This document shows, piece by piece, positions 21,851 through 31,834 of a stretch of DNA of 64,000 bases. Origin of the DNA: an uncultured cyanobacterium. GTDB lineage: Bacteria > Cyanobacteriota > Cyanobacteriia > Cyanobacteriales > Nostocaceae. Position numbers and translations under genes: made by a program. The notes under the pieces were generated by a model. The model saw only the letters and a program-made list of their open reading frames with translations. It was not told the origin of the DNA and did no database searches. Position 1 is the stretch's first letter. The number at the start of each line of letters is the position of its first letter. The DNA lies in assembly GCA_963740315.1 (NCBI GenBank), contig CAVUDP010000004.1, positions 960,001-1,024,000 of the forward strand. Direction: 5' to 3'.

Positions 21851-22876
21851 TTGCCCGTGCAGCAACATTCACAAAACGTTTTAGATTCTCAACTCGAAGA
21901 AAAATCGGTTAAGGAATTTAAATTTGGCTGGTTCGATCGGTTTTGCCTGTGGTATCCTCCCGGTTGGCTAATTTTATTTAACCGTCACTGGCAACATTAT
22001 CATCACGATCCAGATGGTTGGAACTGGTTAGAATATATTTTATTCCTAATTCCTCTGGGATTTTATTTAGCATTATTGATCCGCTGGTTGCGTTTGGGTT
22101 GTCGTTTTCCGCGTGAGAAAGAAACTGAATTTAATCCGAATTATCAAATCGCTTTTCGAGAAGAAATTTTACAACCGATTATTGAATATTATTTTCAGGG
22201 TACCTTGATACAACTCGAAAACTTGCCGCAACATGAACCGATAATTGTGGCTGTAAATCATGCGGGAATGAGTTTTCCCTGGGATATTTTAACCTTGGGA
22301 TATTTATTAAGCAAACAGCAAGGATGGGTAGTATATCCTTTAGCTGGAATTGACTTATTTGAACATCCTTGGATAACTTGGTGGCTACCACCGGGATGGT
22401 CGCAAGTATTAGGTGGAGTCAAAGCAAGGTATGATGATTTTGAAGCTGCAATTAAACAAGAAAAGATTATATTATATGCACCAGAAGGTTTAAGAGGACC
22501 TGGTAAAGGTTGGTTCAAACGCTATCAGTTACAAAAGTTTGATATTAGCTTTATTAAGTTAAGTCAAAAATATCAAGTTCCGATTTTACCAGTTATTTGT
22601 ATTGGTAGCGAAAAGCTGCATCCTTATACTTTAAATATTAGTTGGTTGCAAAAATTATTTGGTTTACCTTTCTTACCAGCTTCACCTTTGATTCCGTGGC
22701 TTGCACTTTTTCCGAGCATGGGAGTTTGGGCTGGGAGAAGTAAATTGCGTTATTTTATTCAACCTTTAGTTGAGGTTAATGGAATGAAAAGTCGGGGAGA
22801 ATTATATCAGAAAGCCCAGGGTTTGAGAGAAGAGATGCAGAAAGAGATCGATCGGGTTTTAGAGTTACAAAATTAA
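21851..22876 (+). CDS. Lysophospholipid/glycerol acyltransferase family protein
   Basis: NHAG..FPWD (HxxxxxxD) and YAPEG motifs; TTG start uncertain. Confidence 0.8.
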   Translation: MPVQQHSQNVLDSQLEEKSVKEFKFGWFDRFCLWYPPGWLILFNRHWQHYHHDPDGWNWLEYILFLIPLGFYLALLIRWLRLGCRFPREKETEFNPNYQIAFREEILQPIIEYYFQGTLIQLENLPQHEPIIVAVNHAGMSFPWDILTLGYLLSKQQGWVVYPLAGIDLFEHPWITWWLPPGWSQVLGGVKARYDDFEAAIKQEKIILYAPEGLRGPGKGWFKRYQLQKFDISFIKLSQKYQVPILPVICIGSEKLHPYTLNISWLQKLFGLPFLPASPLIPWLALFPSMGVWAGRSKLRYFIQPLVEVNGMKSRGELYQKAQGLREEMQKEIDRVLELQN

Positions 22877-23088
22877 TTAAAAATAGAAATTAATTTAAGA
22901 TTCGATTCTGATAAATTCGGATGCAATGCATCCATAGCAGCTAACCCATGCTGAAAACCGATATTATAAGCATCTTCTAAATGTAATTCGAGCATTCCTA
23001 ACTGCCCAAAGCCCGCATTGATGTAAGGAAAATCGAGATATAGTTCTACTTTTCTGCTGCCATCGCATCTTTTCTGATAAAACTGCAT
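22873..23088 (-). CDS. Small hypothetical protein
   Basis: 71-aa ORF with ATG start; no family recognised. Confidence 0.3.
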   Translation of the reverse strand: MQFYQKRCDGSRKVELYLDFPYINAGFGQLGMLELHLEDAYNIGFQHGLAAMDALHPNLSESNLKLISIFN

Positions 23089-23169
23089 AAGTGGACTGCA
23101 CTCTCATCCATATAACTAATAGTACTTAGTACGAACAAATTTTTTGTAGCAACAGTAGGAGCAAAAATT

Positions 23170-24432
23170 ATGATTAAAGGTAATTTTGAGGAATTTCTAG
23201 AAGCCTTGGGTGCTTTTGAATCAGGAAAACCATCAGGCGATCCACAACAATACGAAGCAGTAAATGATTTTACAGGTGCAACGGGTAAATACCAATTTAC
23301 GCAGATATTAATGCAAGACCTAGACTATTATCAAAATGATACTAACTTGTTTGATAATGTCTGGGATGGCGAGTTTTTAGGGAAAAATGGCATTACGAGT
23401 TTAGAATCATGGAAGAATAATCCAGCCGTCCAGGAAACTGGTATTCGAGAATCTTTTTTTACTAACTACGGCTATGTAAATGCCGTTCTCAATGAAAGAA
23501 ATATTCCCAATCTGGACACAACTTTTTTATCCAACAATCAAGATACTAAGACAGTTAAGTTTTATAAATTAAACAGCGATCGCACTGACTTTGAACGGGA
23601 TGCAAATGGAGAACCAGTATTAAATCAAGATCCCGAACTAACACAAGTAAACCTTTCTTTATCTGGGATTATCGCCGGAGCGCATCTTCGCGGAGGTTTT
23701 GGTGTAGGAGAAGTTATCTCGCAGTTAGATCAAAAAAGTGTTGTTGACTTTACAGATGTCACAGAATTTGATATCGATTACTACAGAAACTTTCTCTACG
23801 ATGAAATAAACACTTCTATCTTCAGATACATCAATGATTTTGGCGATTACGATGCTCAAAATTCTAATTTTACGCTCCCTAGCTATGGAAATGCTCAAGA
23901 TTATATACTGTACGGCACGTTGAATCAAAATTCTATCGATGGTGGTAATGGTAACGATCGAATTTATGGTCTTCAAGAAAATGATTCTTTAACTGGTCTT
24001 AACGGTAACGACTCGCTTTACGGTGGAAGTGGTAGCGATAAACTTCTTGGTGGTGATGGTGAAGATGTACTTGATGGTTGGTACAAGTCTTTTGAAGTCG
24101 GTCAAATTGACGAACTAACGGGTGGTAAAGGAGGCGATACTTTTGTATTAGGTAATGAAACTGATGGAGTGTATTATTTAGGAGATGGAAACGCTGTAAT
24201 TAAAGATTTAAGATTTTTGGAAGGCGATCGGTTGCAGTTGACTGGAAATATAAAAGACTACTCAATATCATTGAGTTTTTCGGATAGGTCATTAGAGCTT
24301 AGTTATAAAAACGATTTGATTGCAGAATTTGATTTTGGAGGGATATCTAGTATGTCTCAATATTCATCGTTCAATAACGCTTCTCTAAATAATACGTCTC
24401 TAAATAACGTCTCCGTTATGGATTTAAGCTAA
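23170..24432 (+). CDS. RTX/hemolysin-type Ca-binding protein with N-terminal lysozyme-like domain
   Basis: FLEALGAFESG...Y.AVN...TGKYQF and SGIIAGAHL; GGxGxD nonapeptides; GGAG RBS upstream. Confidence 0.75.
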   Translation: MIKGNFEEFLEALGAFESGKPSGDPQQYEAVNDFTGATGKYQFTQILMQDLDYYQNDTNLFDNVWDGEFLGKNGITSLESWKNNPAVQETGIRESFFTNYGYVNAVLNERNIPNLDTTFLSNNQDTKTVKFYKLNSDRTDFERDANGEPVLNQDPELTQVNLSLSGIIAGAHLRGGFGVGEVISQLDQKSVVDFTDVTEFDIDYYRNFLYDEINTSIFRYINDFGDYDAQNSNFTLPSYGNAQDYILYGTLNQNSIDGGNGNDRIYGLQENDSLTGLNGNDSLYGGSGSDKLLGGDGEDVLDGWYKSFEVGQIDELTGGKGGDTFVLGNETDGVYYLGDGNAVIKDLRFLEGDRLQLTGNIKDYSISLSFSDRSLELSYKNDLIAEFDFGGISSMSQYSSFNNASLNNTSLNNVSVMDLS

Positions 24433-24650
24433 TAATTATACTCACAGATGGCTAAGCTCTAAAAGACCGCCTTACCATACTAAACAAAATTTCAAGTTTG
24501 TAATAACTTCATTAATTACGATCGCAAAAATATCACTAATTCATAAGTGACGATGTATTATACGTAGAAATACTGCTATCTGCCTTTGAATTCGTAAGAA
24601 TACAGGTTTACTTTTGCAATACAGATAATCACTTTACGTGTATTAAAAAT

Positions 24651-26180
24651 ATGAAAATAAAAAAAGTTTGCGTAATTGGCGCAGGTATCAGTGGTTTAGT
24701 TGCGGCTAAAACTTTCTTGGAAGATGATTTTGAAGTAACGGTATTTGAGAAAAAACCGGAATTAGGGGGTGTTTGGCAAGAGTCGAGGGCTTATCCAGAT
24801 GTAAAAACTCAAAATAGCCGCCATACATACTGTTTCACGGATTACCCAATGCCAGAGGATTATCCAGAATGGCCAAGCGGCGAGCAAGTACGCAGATATT
24901 TGCAGTCTTATGCAGATAATTTTGGGGTGAGCGAAAGAATTTATTTTCAAACAGAAGTTATTGATATTTCCAGGAAAACAGGTGAAAATCATGTTTGGGT
25001 TGTAAGTATCAAAAAAGGCGATCGACAAATAGAAGAAAAGCACGAATTTGATTTTGTATTAATCTGTAATGGCTTGCTTCATAATCCGAAAATACCCACA
25101 TTTCCTGGTAAGGAAGAGTTTATTGCCGCAGGAGGAAAGATACTGCATTCGAGTGAGTGTAATGACGTTGATTTAATTAAAGATAAGCGAGTTGTTGTAG
25201 TGGGTTTTGGTAAATCAGCTTGCGATATTGCCACATTTGCAGCTAATAATGCCAAAGATTCAACATTATTATTCCGTCGTGCTTTCTGGAAGATTCCCAA
25301 ATTTTTCTTTAATAAAATCCATTTTGAAGATATTCTGCTAACACGTTTTTCTGAAATTTGGTTGCCTTATCGTAAAAACAAAGGAATTGAAAAGGTACTT
25401 CACAGTGTAGGTAAACCATTAGTATGGGGTTTTTGGCGTTTAAATGAATTAATTTTACGCAAGCAATTTAATCTTGATGCTTGCAAAATGTTGCCTACTG
25501 ATTTAATGAATGTAAGTCTTGGTTGTAATGCTAATCTAGCCGTAGACAATTTTTATGAATCCGTACAGTCAGGAAAAATAAAAGCGAAAAAAGAAAGTAT
25601 TGCTAAATATATTCCTGGTGGTGTAGAGCTTAATTCTGGCGAACAATTAGAGTGTGATGTAGTCGTTTTTGGTACCGGATTTCGTCAAGAGATACCTTTT
25701 TTAGAAGAAAAGTATCGTAATTTAGTCAAAGACGAACAAGGTAGTTTTCATCTCTACCGCAATTTAATTAATCCTGATGTTCCTAATATAGGTTTTGTTG
25801 GTTACAATTCAAGCTTTTTTTGTCCGCTGACATCTGAAGTTGGAGCTTGGTGGTTAGCAGAATATGTGAAAGGAAATTTAGATTTACCAACTCGATCGCA
25901 AATTCACGCGGAAATAGAAGAACATTTAAAATGGGATAAAGCAACTTTACCACCAGCGATCGCACCTGGTACCTGCGTAACTCGTTTTAGCTTTCATTAC
26001 TTAGAAGATTTAATCGAAGATATGGGTTTCAAAATATTTGGTAAAGGTGCGAAACCACTTCAAGGAATGATGGAAAGAGTAAAACCATCTGCATATCAAA
26101 AAATTCGCCAGCAGTTGCGTGGTAAAAAGCCTTTATTGGTGAAAGATGCTTCCGTGAAAGAGGTTGTGAAAATTAGTTAA
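24651..26180 (+). CDS. Flavin-containing monooxygenase
   Basis: GAGISG, GGVW, FMO-like F...GKILHS, GFGKSACD, GTGF. Confidence 0.9.
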   Translation: MKIKKVCVIGAGISGLVAAKTFLEDDFEVTVFEKKPELGGVWQESRAYPDVKTQNSRHTYCFTDYPMPEDYPEWPSGEQVRRYLQSYADNFGVSERIYFQTEVIDISRKTGENHVWVVSIKKGDRQIEEKHEFDFVLICNGLLHNPKIPTFPGKEEFIAAGGKILHSSECNDVDLIKDKRVVVVGFGKSACDIATFAANNAKDSTLLFRRAFWKIPKFFFNKIHFEDILLTRFSEIWLPYRKNKGIEKVLHSVGKPLVWGFWRLNELILRKQFNLDACKMLPTDLMNVSLGCNANLAVDNFYESVQSGKIKAKKESIAKYIPGGVELNSGEQLECDVVVFGTGFRQEIPFLEEKYRNLVKDEQGSFHLYRNLINPDVPNIGFVGYNSSFFCPLTSEVGAWWLAEYVKGNLDLPTRSQIHAEIEEHLKWDKATLPPAIAPGTCVTRFSFHYLEDLIEDMGFKIFGKGAKPLQGMMERVKPSAYQKIRQQLRGKKPLLVKDASVKEVVKIS

Positions 26181-26182
26181 AA

Positions 26183-26872
26183 TCAAATTTCACCAACCCC
26201 AAATCGATAACCTTTACCATAAACGCTATGAATTAATTGCGTTTCACCTTTAACTTCAATCTTTCTCCGCAAAAGACGAACTAATGCAGCAATCACATTA
26301 CTGCTGGGTTGTTCGTCTTCTTCCCATAAAGAAAGCATTATTTGAGCGTGAGTCAAAAGTAACCCCGGATTTTCCATCAAATATTGCAACAACTGACTTT
26401 CTTTTTCTGATAGTTCAATTACTCTTCCTTGACGATAAGCTATTTGATTTTGAGAATCTAATTCTAAATCTTCGACAACAATTTTTTTATTTGTGTGAGT
26501 GTATTCTTCCACACCTACACGCCGTAATAAAGCCCTAACTCTTGCTAGTAATTCCCGCAATTCAAAAGGTTTTACTAAATAATCATCAGCACCTGCGTCT
26601 AAACCTTCTACTCGGTCATCTAAAGTATCTTTTGCTGTCAGGAATAATACGGGTGTCGTAACGCCTTGCTGTCGTAACTGCTGACAAATTTCCAAACCAG
26701 TTTTTCCCGGCAGCATCCAGTCTAAAATAAGTAAATCGTAATTACCTTTTTGTACGAGTTCGCTGCCAGTTGTGCCATCAAAAGCCGCATCAACTTTATA
26801 ACCTTCGCGAGTTAATAAGCGAGTCAAGGGGTTGGTAAGTTCGGTTTCGTCGTCAACTATCAAAATTCGCAT
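26183..26872 (-). CDS. OmpR family response regulator
   Basis: Receiver domain (ILIVDDE, LDWMLP, KPF) plus winged HTH; start moved to ATG 26872. Confidence 0.92.
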   Translation of the reverse strand: MRILIVDDETELTNPLTRLLTREGYKVDAAFDGTTGSELVQKGNYDLLILDWMLPGKTGLEICQQLRQQGVTTPVLFLTAKDTLDDRVEGLDAGADDYLVKPFELRELLARVRALLRRVGVEEYTHTNKKIVVEDLELDSQNQIAYRQGRVIELSEKESQLLQYLMENPGLLLTHAQIMLSLWEEDEQPSSNVIAALVRLLRRKIEVKGETQLIHSVYGKGYRFGVGEI

Positions 26873-27244
26873 CTTCTTTATTTTAGATTTTAGATACTTC
26901 GGCAAGTCTTACAGTGAGCTACGTCGAACTGCTCAGCACAAGTTTTAGATTTTGGATTTTAACAACGGATGTTTTTATTTTGGACTAACAAATATATCTA
27001 ATACTAAATAAATGGTAGGTTAAAGAGAGAGGGGGAAGAGGGGGAGACAAGGAGATGGGGAGAAGGGGAGATGGGGAGATTAGGTGAAAATAATTCTGGG
27101 AGTTGTAACTCTTCACTTTTAATTACCAATTACCAATTACCTATTACCTATTACCTATTCCCAATGCCCATTCACCGGAGGTGGGAGGTAGCCCAATGCC
27201 CATTTCCCAACTAACAACTAACAACTAACCACTAACAACTGATT

Positions 27245-27904
27245 ATGTTAACCGTTGCACTACCAAAAGGTGGACTTTTAAAAGAGAGTATCCGCTTGCT
27301 AAAATCTGTGGGTTTGGATTTTAGTGCTTTTTTAACCGAAGAAAATCGTCAATTACAAATTTTAGATGCTAGCGGAAAAGCTAGGGGATTAAAGGTAAGA
27401 GCGCAGGATGTACCCGTTTATGTTGAATACGGGCAGGCTCAGTTGGGTATTGTTGGTGAAGATGTGCTGCAAGAAAAAAAGCCGCAAATTGCCCGCTTAG
27501 TCGATTTGGGGTTTGGTTATTGTCGGATGTCTGTAGCGGTGAAAGCTTCGAGTGCTTACAAATCGCCTTTGGATTTACCTGCTGATTGCAGAGTTGCATC
27601 TAAATATGTAAATTGCGCTCGCGATTACTTTCAAAGTTTAGATTTTCCTGTAGAAATTATACCTTTATCTGGTTCTGTAGAGTTGGGACCAATTACAGGA
27701 ATGTCCGAAGCGATCGTTGATATAGTTTCCACGGGAAAAACTTTAAAAGAAAATGGTTTGATTGAAATTGCAACTTTATACGAAAGTACCGCAATGTTGA
27801 TTGCTCATCCTTTAGCTTATCGTCTTAATAAGGATGGGATTAGTGATTGGATTGGGAAGTTACGACAAGGGGTGATGAGTGAGGAATTAGGAGTTAGAAA
27901 TTAG
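27245..27904 (+). CDS. hisG: ATP phosphoribosyltransferase, short form
   Basis: [49 protein letters not shown]. Confidence 0.95.
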   Translation: MLTVALPKGGLLKESIRLLKSVGLDFSAFLTEENRQLQILDASGKARGLKVRAQDVPVYVEYGQAQLGIVGEDVLQEKKPQIARLVDLGFGYCRMSVAVKASSAYKSPLDLPADCRVASKYVNCARDYFQSLDFPVEIIPLSGSVELGPITGMSEAIVDIVSTGKTLKENGLIEIATLYESTAMLIAHPLAYRLNKDGISDWIGKLRQGVMSEELGVRN

Positions 27905-27926
27905 AGTTTAGAGGATGTTTGAGACG

Positions 27927-28244
27927 TTACTCAGATTCTTCGCCTAAATAAGATTGGCTACTATGACGAACATGAAGAATTGAAACAACATCTTCTTCGA
28001 CAATAAATAAAGCTCGATATTTCCTTTGTTTTCCAATCCATATTTGCCGAATTTCACGGCCAATTGTTGCTGCTTCTGGTGCAATGGTACAGCGATTAGG
28101 AAACTTTCGTAATGACGTTATCGCGTCTTGAAGTTGGTAGTACCAATTATTTGCTACTTCTCCACTTAGGTTATCGCACATCCAACGATAAGCAGTTTCA
28201 ATCTCTTGAAAAGCAGTAGGCTCAATGATAACCTGGTAGCTCAT
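27927..28244 (-). CDS. RelE/ParE family toxin
   Basis: YQVIIEPTA...SLRKFPNRC...YRALF...VSILHVRH; ATGA overlap with upstream antitoxin. Confidence 0.85.
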   Translation of the reverse strand: MSYQVIIEPTAFQEIETAYRWMCDNLSGEVANNWYYQLQDAITSLRKFPNRCTIAPEAATIGREIRQIWIGKQRKYRALFIVEEDVVSILHVRHSSQSYLGEESE

Positions 28245-28504
28245 GGGCGGGGAGGGATGTTAAATTTTTTCTGCAAGGTATCTAAAGCCTGCTCTGCGGG
28301 AATCCCCTCACCCCGCTCAAATTCATCTAACCCTTTACGAATACCTACTATTGCTTCTAAGTAATCGATTCGTTCTAAAAGTTCTCGATATGTGGTTGGT
28401 TGTTGTGGTGTTTTTTTAAGCGATCGCACAAAATTAAGTAAATCTTCTAGAAGCTCGTTTGGGGTATTATCAATTTCCTGCAACAGCAATTCTTTGATTG
28501 TCAT
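28241..28504 (-). CDS. Putative antitoxin, 87 aa
   Basis: MTIKELLLQEIDNTP...GIRKGLDEFERGEGIPAE; start moved to ATG 28504; stop overlaps the toxin start. Confidence 0.75.
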   Translation of the reverse strand: MTIKELLLQEIDNTPNELLEDLLNFVRSLKKTPQQPTTYRELLERIDYLEAIVGIRKGLDEFERGEGIPAEQALDTLQKKFNIPPRP

Positions 28505-28600
28505 TACACTTTTATAGATAGGATTTATTCTAGTATAGCGATCGCGCTCTGCATAATTACAGTATGCGCGATCGCACTTCAACGCAGTTATAATATCTGA

Positions 28601-28821
28601 GGTGAAAAGGGAACCGATGATTTTCAAGAAATGATTTCTTTGGTAAAGAGGTTTTGGGAACAAACGGGAATAACAGAAGCGAAGAAGGTAGAAATTTTAG
28701 AAACTATGGAAAAAGGTGTTTATCCAATTTCTGAAACCAGAGTTTTGCAATTATTAGAGCAAGCTGGTTTTATACGGGTTTGTGGGTTGGTGGTTGGATG
28801 GCTGTAAAAGATAATTTGTAA
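28601..28821 (+). pseudogene. 3' remnant of a class I SAM methyltransferase (CmoA-like C-terminus)
   Basis: GEKGTDDFQEMISLVKRFW...VYPISETRVLQLLEQAGF, then frameshift to FYTGLWVGGWMAVK; no 5' part. Confidence 0.55.
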
Positions 28822-28951
28822 TTGTGGTGCGTTGCGAGTAAACGAGAAAGGGAATTCTAAAAAATCTTTCATAAAACTTTCACGGATGATTTAGATAGTT
28901 ATTTCAAACTTAAGTTGTATAAGCTTCAAACAACTTAAGGAGAGAAAAACA

Positions 28952-29296
28952 ATGAGTCAGGCAAAAGCGAATAAACCCAGAAAAAATTCAGCTTTCAAGC
29001 ATCTAATGTCAATTCACTGGTGGATGTTCTACTGCTACATCGTGCTTTTCATTGGTGGATCTTTTATGGCGCGTTTACCCAGAGATTTTTTTGTACGCAA
29101 CCCTTTGTACGACTTTCATAAAACTGTAGGAGTGCTGACAATGGGTTTATTAACCTGGAGAATCTTGACTCTGCTACGAGTATGGTGGAAGAAGTATACC
29201 AAGCGTTTGCCAAAGTATAGTCCTGAATGGATGCAAAAATTTGCCCTTCATACCGCTCTTTACCTAAGTACTTACCAATATTTTAATGTTGGTTAA
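28952..29296 (+). pseudogene. Truncated cytochrome b561-like protein
   Basis: IHW, FHKTVG and LHTALYL, then abrupt end at 114 aa with the later helices missing; AAGGAG RBS present. Confidence 0.65.
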
Positions 29297-29617
29297 ATTG
29301 ATGATTTTAGAACGGCTGTACTTAGCGCTACCGCAACTCCTAGACGTTTTATTTGTTATCTCTAGCTCTACAGAACATATCTTTTTTATACACGGATTAT
29401 ACTTGTTTTATATTCTAACTTTTTGCTATATAGAATGGGAGTAAAGGGTAACAATGCCGGAGAAGTCGATATAGTTCAGTAATTTTACATACTGACATAA
29501 TTAATATATCTATGTAATAGTAGTTAGGAAACTTTTGGATTTATTGAGAGTTTACCTAATGATTGACAGTATACCGATTGCGGCTAATAAATACGACCTA
29601 AATGGAGGTTTCTGAAA

Positions 29618-30532
29618 ATGTCTCCCCTGACTTTGACTGAAGCCCTGGAAAAAATCGACCAAACCTTTGGTATTGACAAAATACTCAGTGACTTCGATCG
29701 TAATTTCATGGTGCGCTACTACACTCAGAGCGAAATTGGCTACCGCACCTATCATTCCGAACAAGACTGCGTTCACATGGCTTTGAACGAAGATGGCGTG
29801 TTTAACACCCAAGGATATTATGCACAGCCTAAAACCGTTGAGACTCATCTACAATCTCTAAATGCTAAACAGGTGCTAGAGCTTGGCTGTGGCAAAGGAT
29901 TCAACAGCGTCTTTTTAGCCGATCGCAATCCGGAAACCATGTTTACCGGCATAGATTTGACTCCCTTACACGTTAAAATTGCTCAGAAGAAAGCCGTTGA
30001 TTTGAAAAATCTCTCTTTTATGCAGGGAGACTTTAATCATCTTCCCTTTGCAGATGGACAGTTTGATGTTGTATTTGCTGTAGAATGCCTTTGCCACTCG
30101 ACCAATGTACCCCGCACGCTGGCAGAAATTTACCGGGTGCTTCGACCTGGTGGACGATTGGTAGTATTTGACGGTTATCGTTCCGCAGAGTTCGAGAACC
30201 AAGAAGCATCGTTGAGAACTGCTCAAAAGCTAATTGAAGTAGCAATGGCAGTTCAGGATGGCATGAACGATATTGATAACTGGTCTAACACCTCCAGCGA
30301 AGTGGGCTTTAAATTGCTCGAAAGCGCAGATTTATCCCAAGCAATAAAGCCCACCGTGTATCGGTTACAGCAGCTATCCGCCAGGTTTTTTAAGATGAAG
30401 CCTTGGAAGAGAAGATTGATATGGCGGTTTCGTACCTATCTTGTCAGAAATGCGATCGCAGGTCTACTAATACCCTTTGGTTTAGAAGCCCCTACCTGGC
30501 GGTATTACCTGAGTGTGATAGAGCGAAGCTAA
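29618..30532 (+). CDS. Class I SAM-dependent methyltransferase (sterol/tocopherol MT-like)
   Basis: VLELGCGKG, GIDLT, LPFADGQFDVV, EIYRVLRPGG; GGAGG RBS. Confidence 0.88.
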   Translation: MSPLTLTEALEKIDQTFGIDKILSDFDRNFMVRYYTQSEIGYRTYHSEQDCVHMALNEDGVFNTQGYYAQPKTVETHLQSLNAKQVLELGCGKGFNSVFLADRNPETMFTGIDLTPLHVKIAQKKAVDLKNLSFMQGDFNHLPFADGQFDVVFAVECLCHSTNVPRTLAEIYRVLRPGGRLVVFDGYRSAEFENQEASLRTAQKLIEVAMAVQDGMNDIDNWSNTSSEVGFKLLESADLSQAIKPTVYRLQQLSARFFKMKPWKRRLIWRFRTYLVRNAIAGLLIPFGLEAPTWRYYLSVIERS

Positions 30533-30624
30533 GAATGTTTTGGTGTGCATCTCCAACGAACAGCTTTGAAGAAGGCGATCGCCACAACACACCCTACAAT
30601 ATACAATCCAAAATTAAATAACTA

Positions 30625-31638
30625 TTATCCATGATAGCTTTCCCCAGTAACTTTACCCCGGAAGACTACATATGAATAAAGATTGTAGAACAACATAATC
30701 GGGATTAAAGCACCGATAAATATAATCATAATTACCAGCGAACTGGGATCGGCGGCGGCTTGATAAATGGTAATCTTGGTAGGGATAATGAACGGAAAGA
30801 CAATTAAAGCTAATCCGATAAATGTAAGTAGAAAAAGCAGTATTGTGATAATAAAAGGCTTTCTGTCTGCTTTTTGGTTCAAGCTTTGAAGTAATTGCCA
30901 AATCAAGAAGATTCCGATTAAAGGTATTAAGGCAAAGATATAAACTAAGGGTTTAGAAAGTAAGCGAATTCGAGCAGTTTCGTAAATAAAAGGAGTAACA
31001 CCTGTAATTAAAATTGCTCCGATTAAAGTTGTAAAAGCGGCAAGTCTGGCAGTTTTACGGTGAGTTTCCTGCAATTCTCCATCGGTTTTCCAAACTAGAT
31101 AAGTGGAACCAATTAAGACGTAACCTTGAATTAAAGTTAAAGCTACTAATATAGATGGGATATTTAACCAGTCCCAAGTTGTACCGATAAAATGTCCTTT
31201 TTCATCAACTTTAATTCCCGCAAGTACTGCTCCTAAAGCAAATCCCTGTCCCAATGCTGCCAGAAAACTTCCGATCGCAAAAGACAGATTCCATACGAAT
31301 TTGTTTTCGGCTTCTTCACGAAATTCAAAGGCTACAGCGCGAAAAATAAACCCAAAAATCATAATGAAAATTGGCATATAAAGAGCGCTAAGAATTGTGG
31401 CGTAAGCTAAGGGAAATGCCCCAAATAAACTACCTGACATCAAAACCAGCCAGGTTTCATTCGCATCCCAAATGTTACTCAAGCTAGTCATTAAAATACC
31501 GCGACGCTCTTCTGTTGAGGAAGTCAGCGATAAAATACCAACTCCTAAATCAAAACCGTCAAGCATTACATAGAGAAACAAAAATAATGCTAAAATTCCA
31601 AACCATATCTGCGGTAGTAAATAATCTAATGTTTCCAT
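30625..31638 (-). CDS. cydB: Cytochrome bd quinol oxidase subunit II
   Basis: LDGFDLGVG and WDANETWLV; start moved to ATG 31638 because the upstream extension is STRR. Confidence 0.95.
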   Translation of the reverse strand: METLDYLLPQIWFGILALFLFLYVMLDGFDLGVGILSLTSSTEERRGILMTSLSNIWDANETWLVLMSGSLFGAFPLAYATILSALYMPIFIMIFGFIFRAVAFEFREEAENKFVWNLSFAIGSFLAALGQGFALGAVLAGIKVDEKGHFIGTTWDWLNIPSILVALTLIQGYVLIGSTYLVWKTDGELQETHRKTARLAAFTTLIGAILITGVTPFIYETARIRLLSKPLVYIFALIPLIGIFLIWQLLQSLNQKADRKPFIITILLFLLTFIGLALIVFPFIIPTKITIYQAAADPSSLVIMIIFIGALIPIMLFYNLYSYVVFRGKVTGESYHG

Positions 31639-31834
31639 AGGAATTAATGGGGGGATGGGGAGAGGGGGTAGAGGGGGTAGAGGGGGATGGGGGATAGGGA
31701 ATAGGGGGATGGGGGATAGGGAGATAGGGAGATAGGGAATAGGGGGATAAATAGGGAGCAAGATGCGAACACTACAAATATTTTTTATTTATAACTCCTA
31801 ACTCCTAACTCCTAACTCTTAACTCTTAACTTTA

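Noticed and set aside
31639..31761. Pro-rich N-terminal extension of CydB (similar extensions on ORFs at 46118, 43968, 26905, 58561)
   Set aside because: These are translations of STRR or REP DNA upstream of better ATG starts
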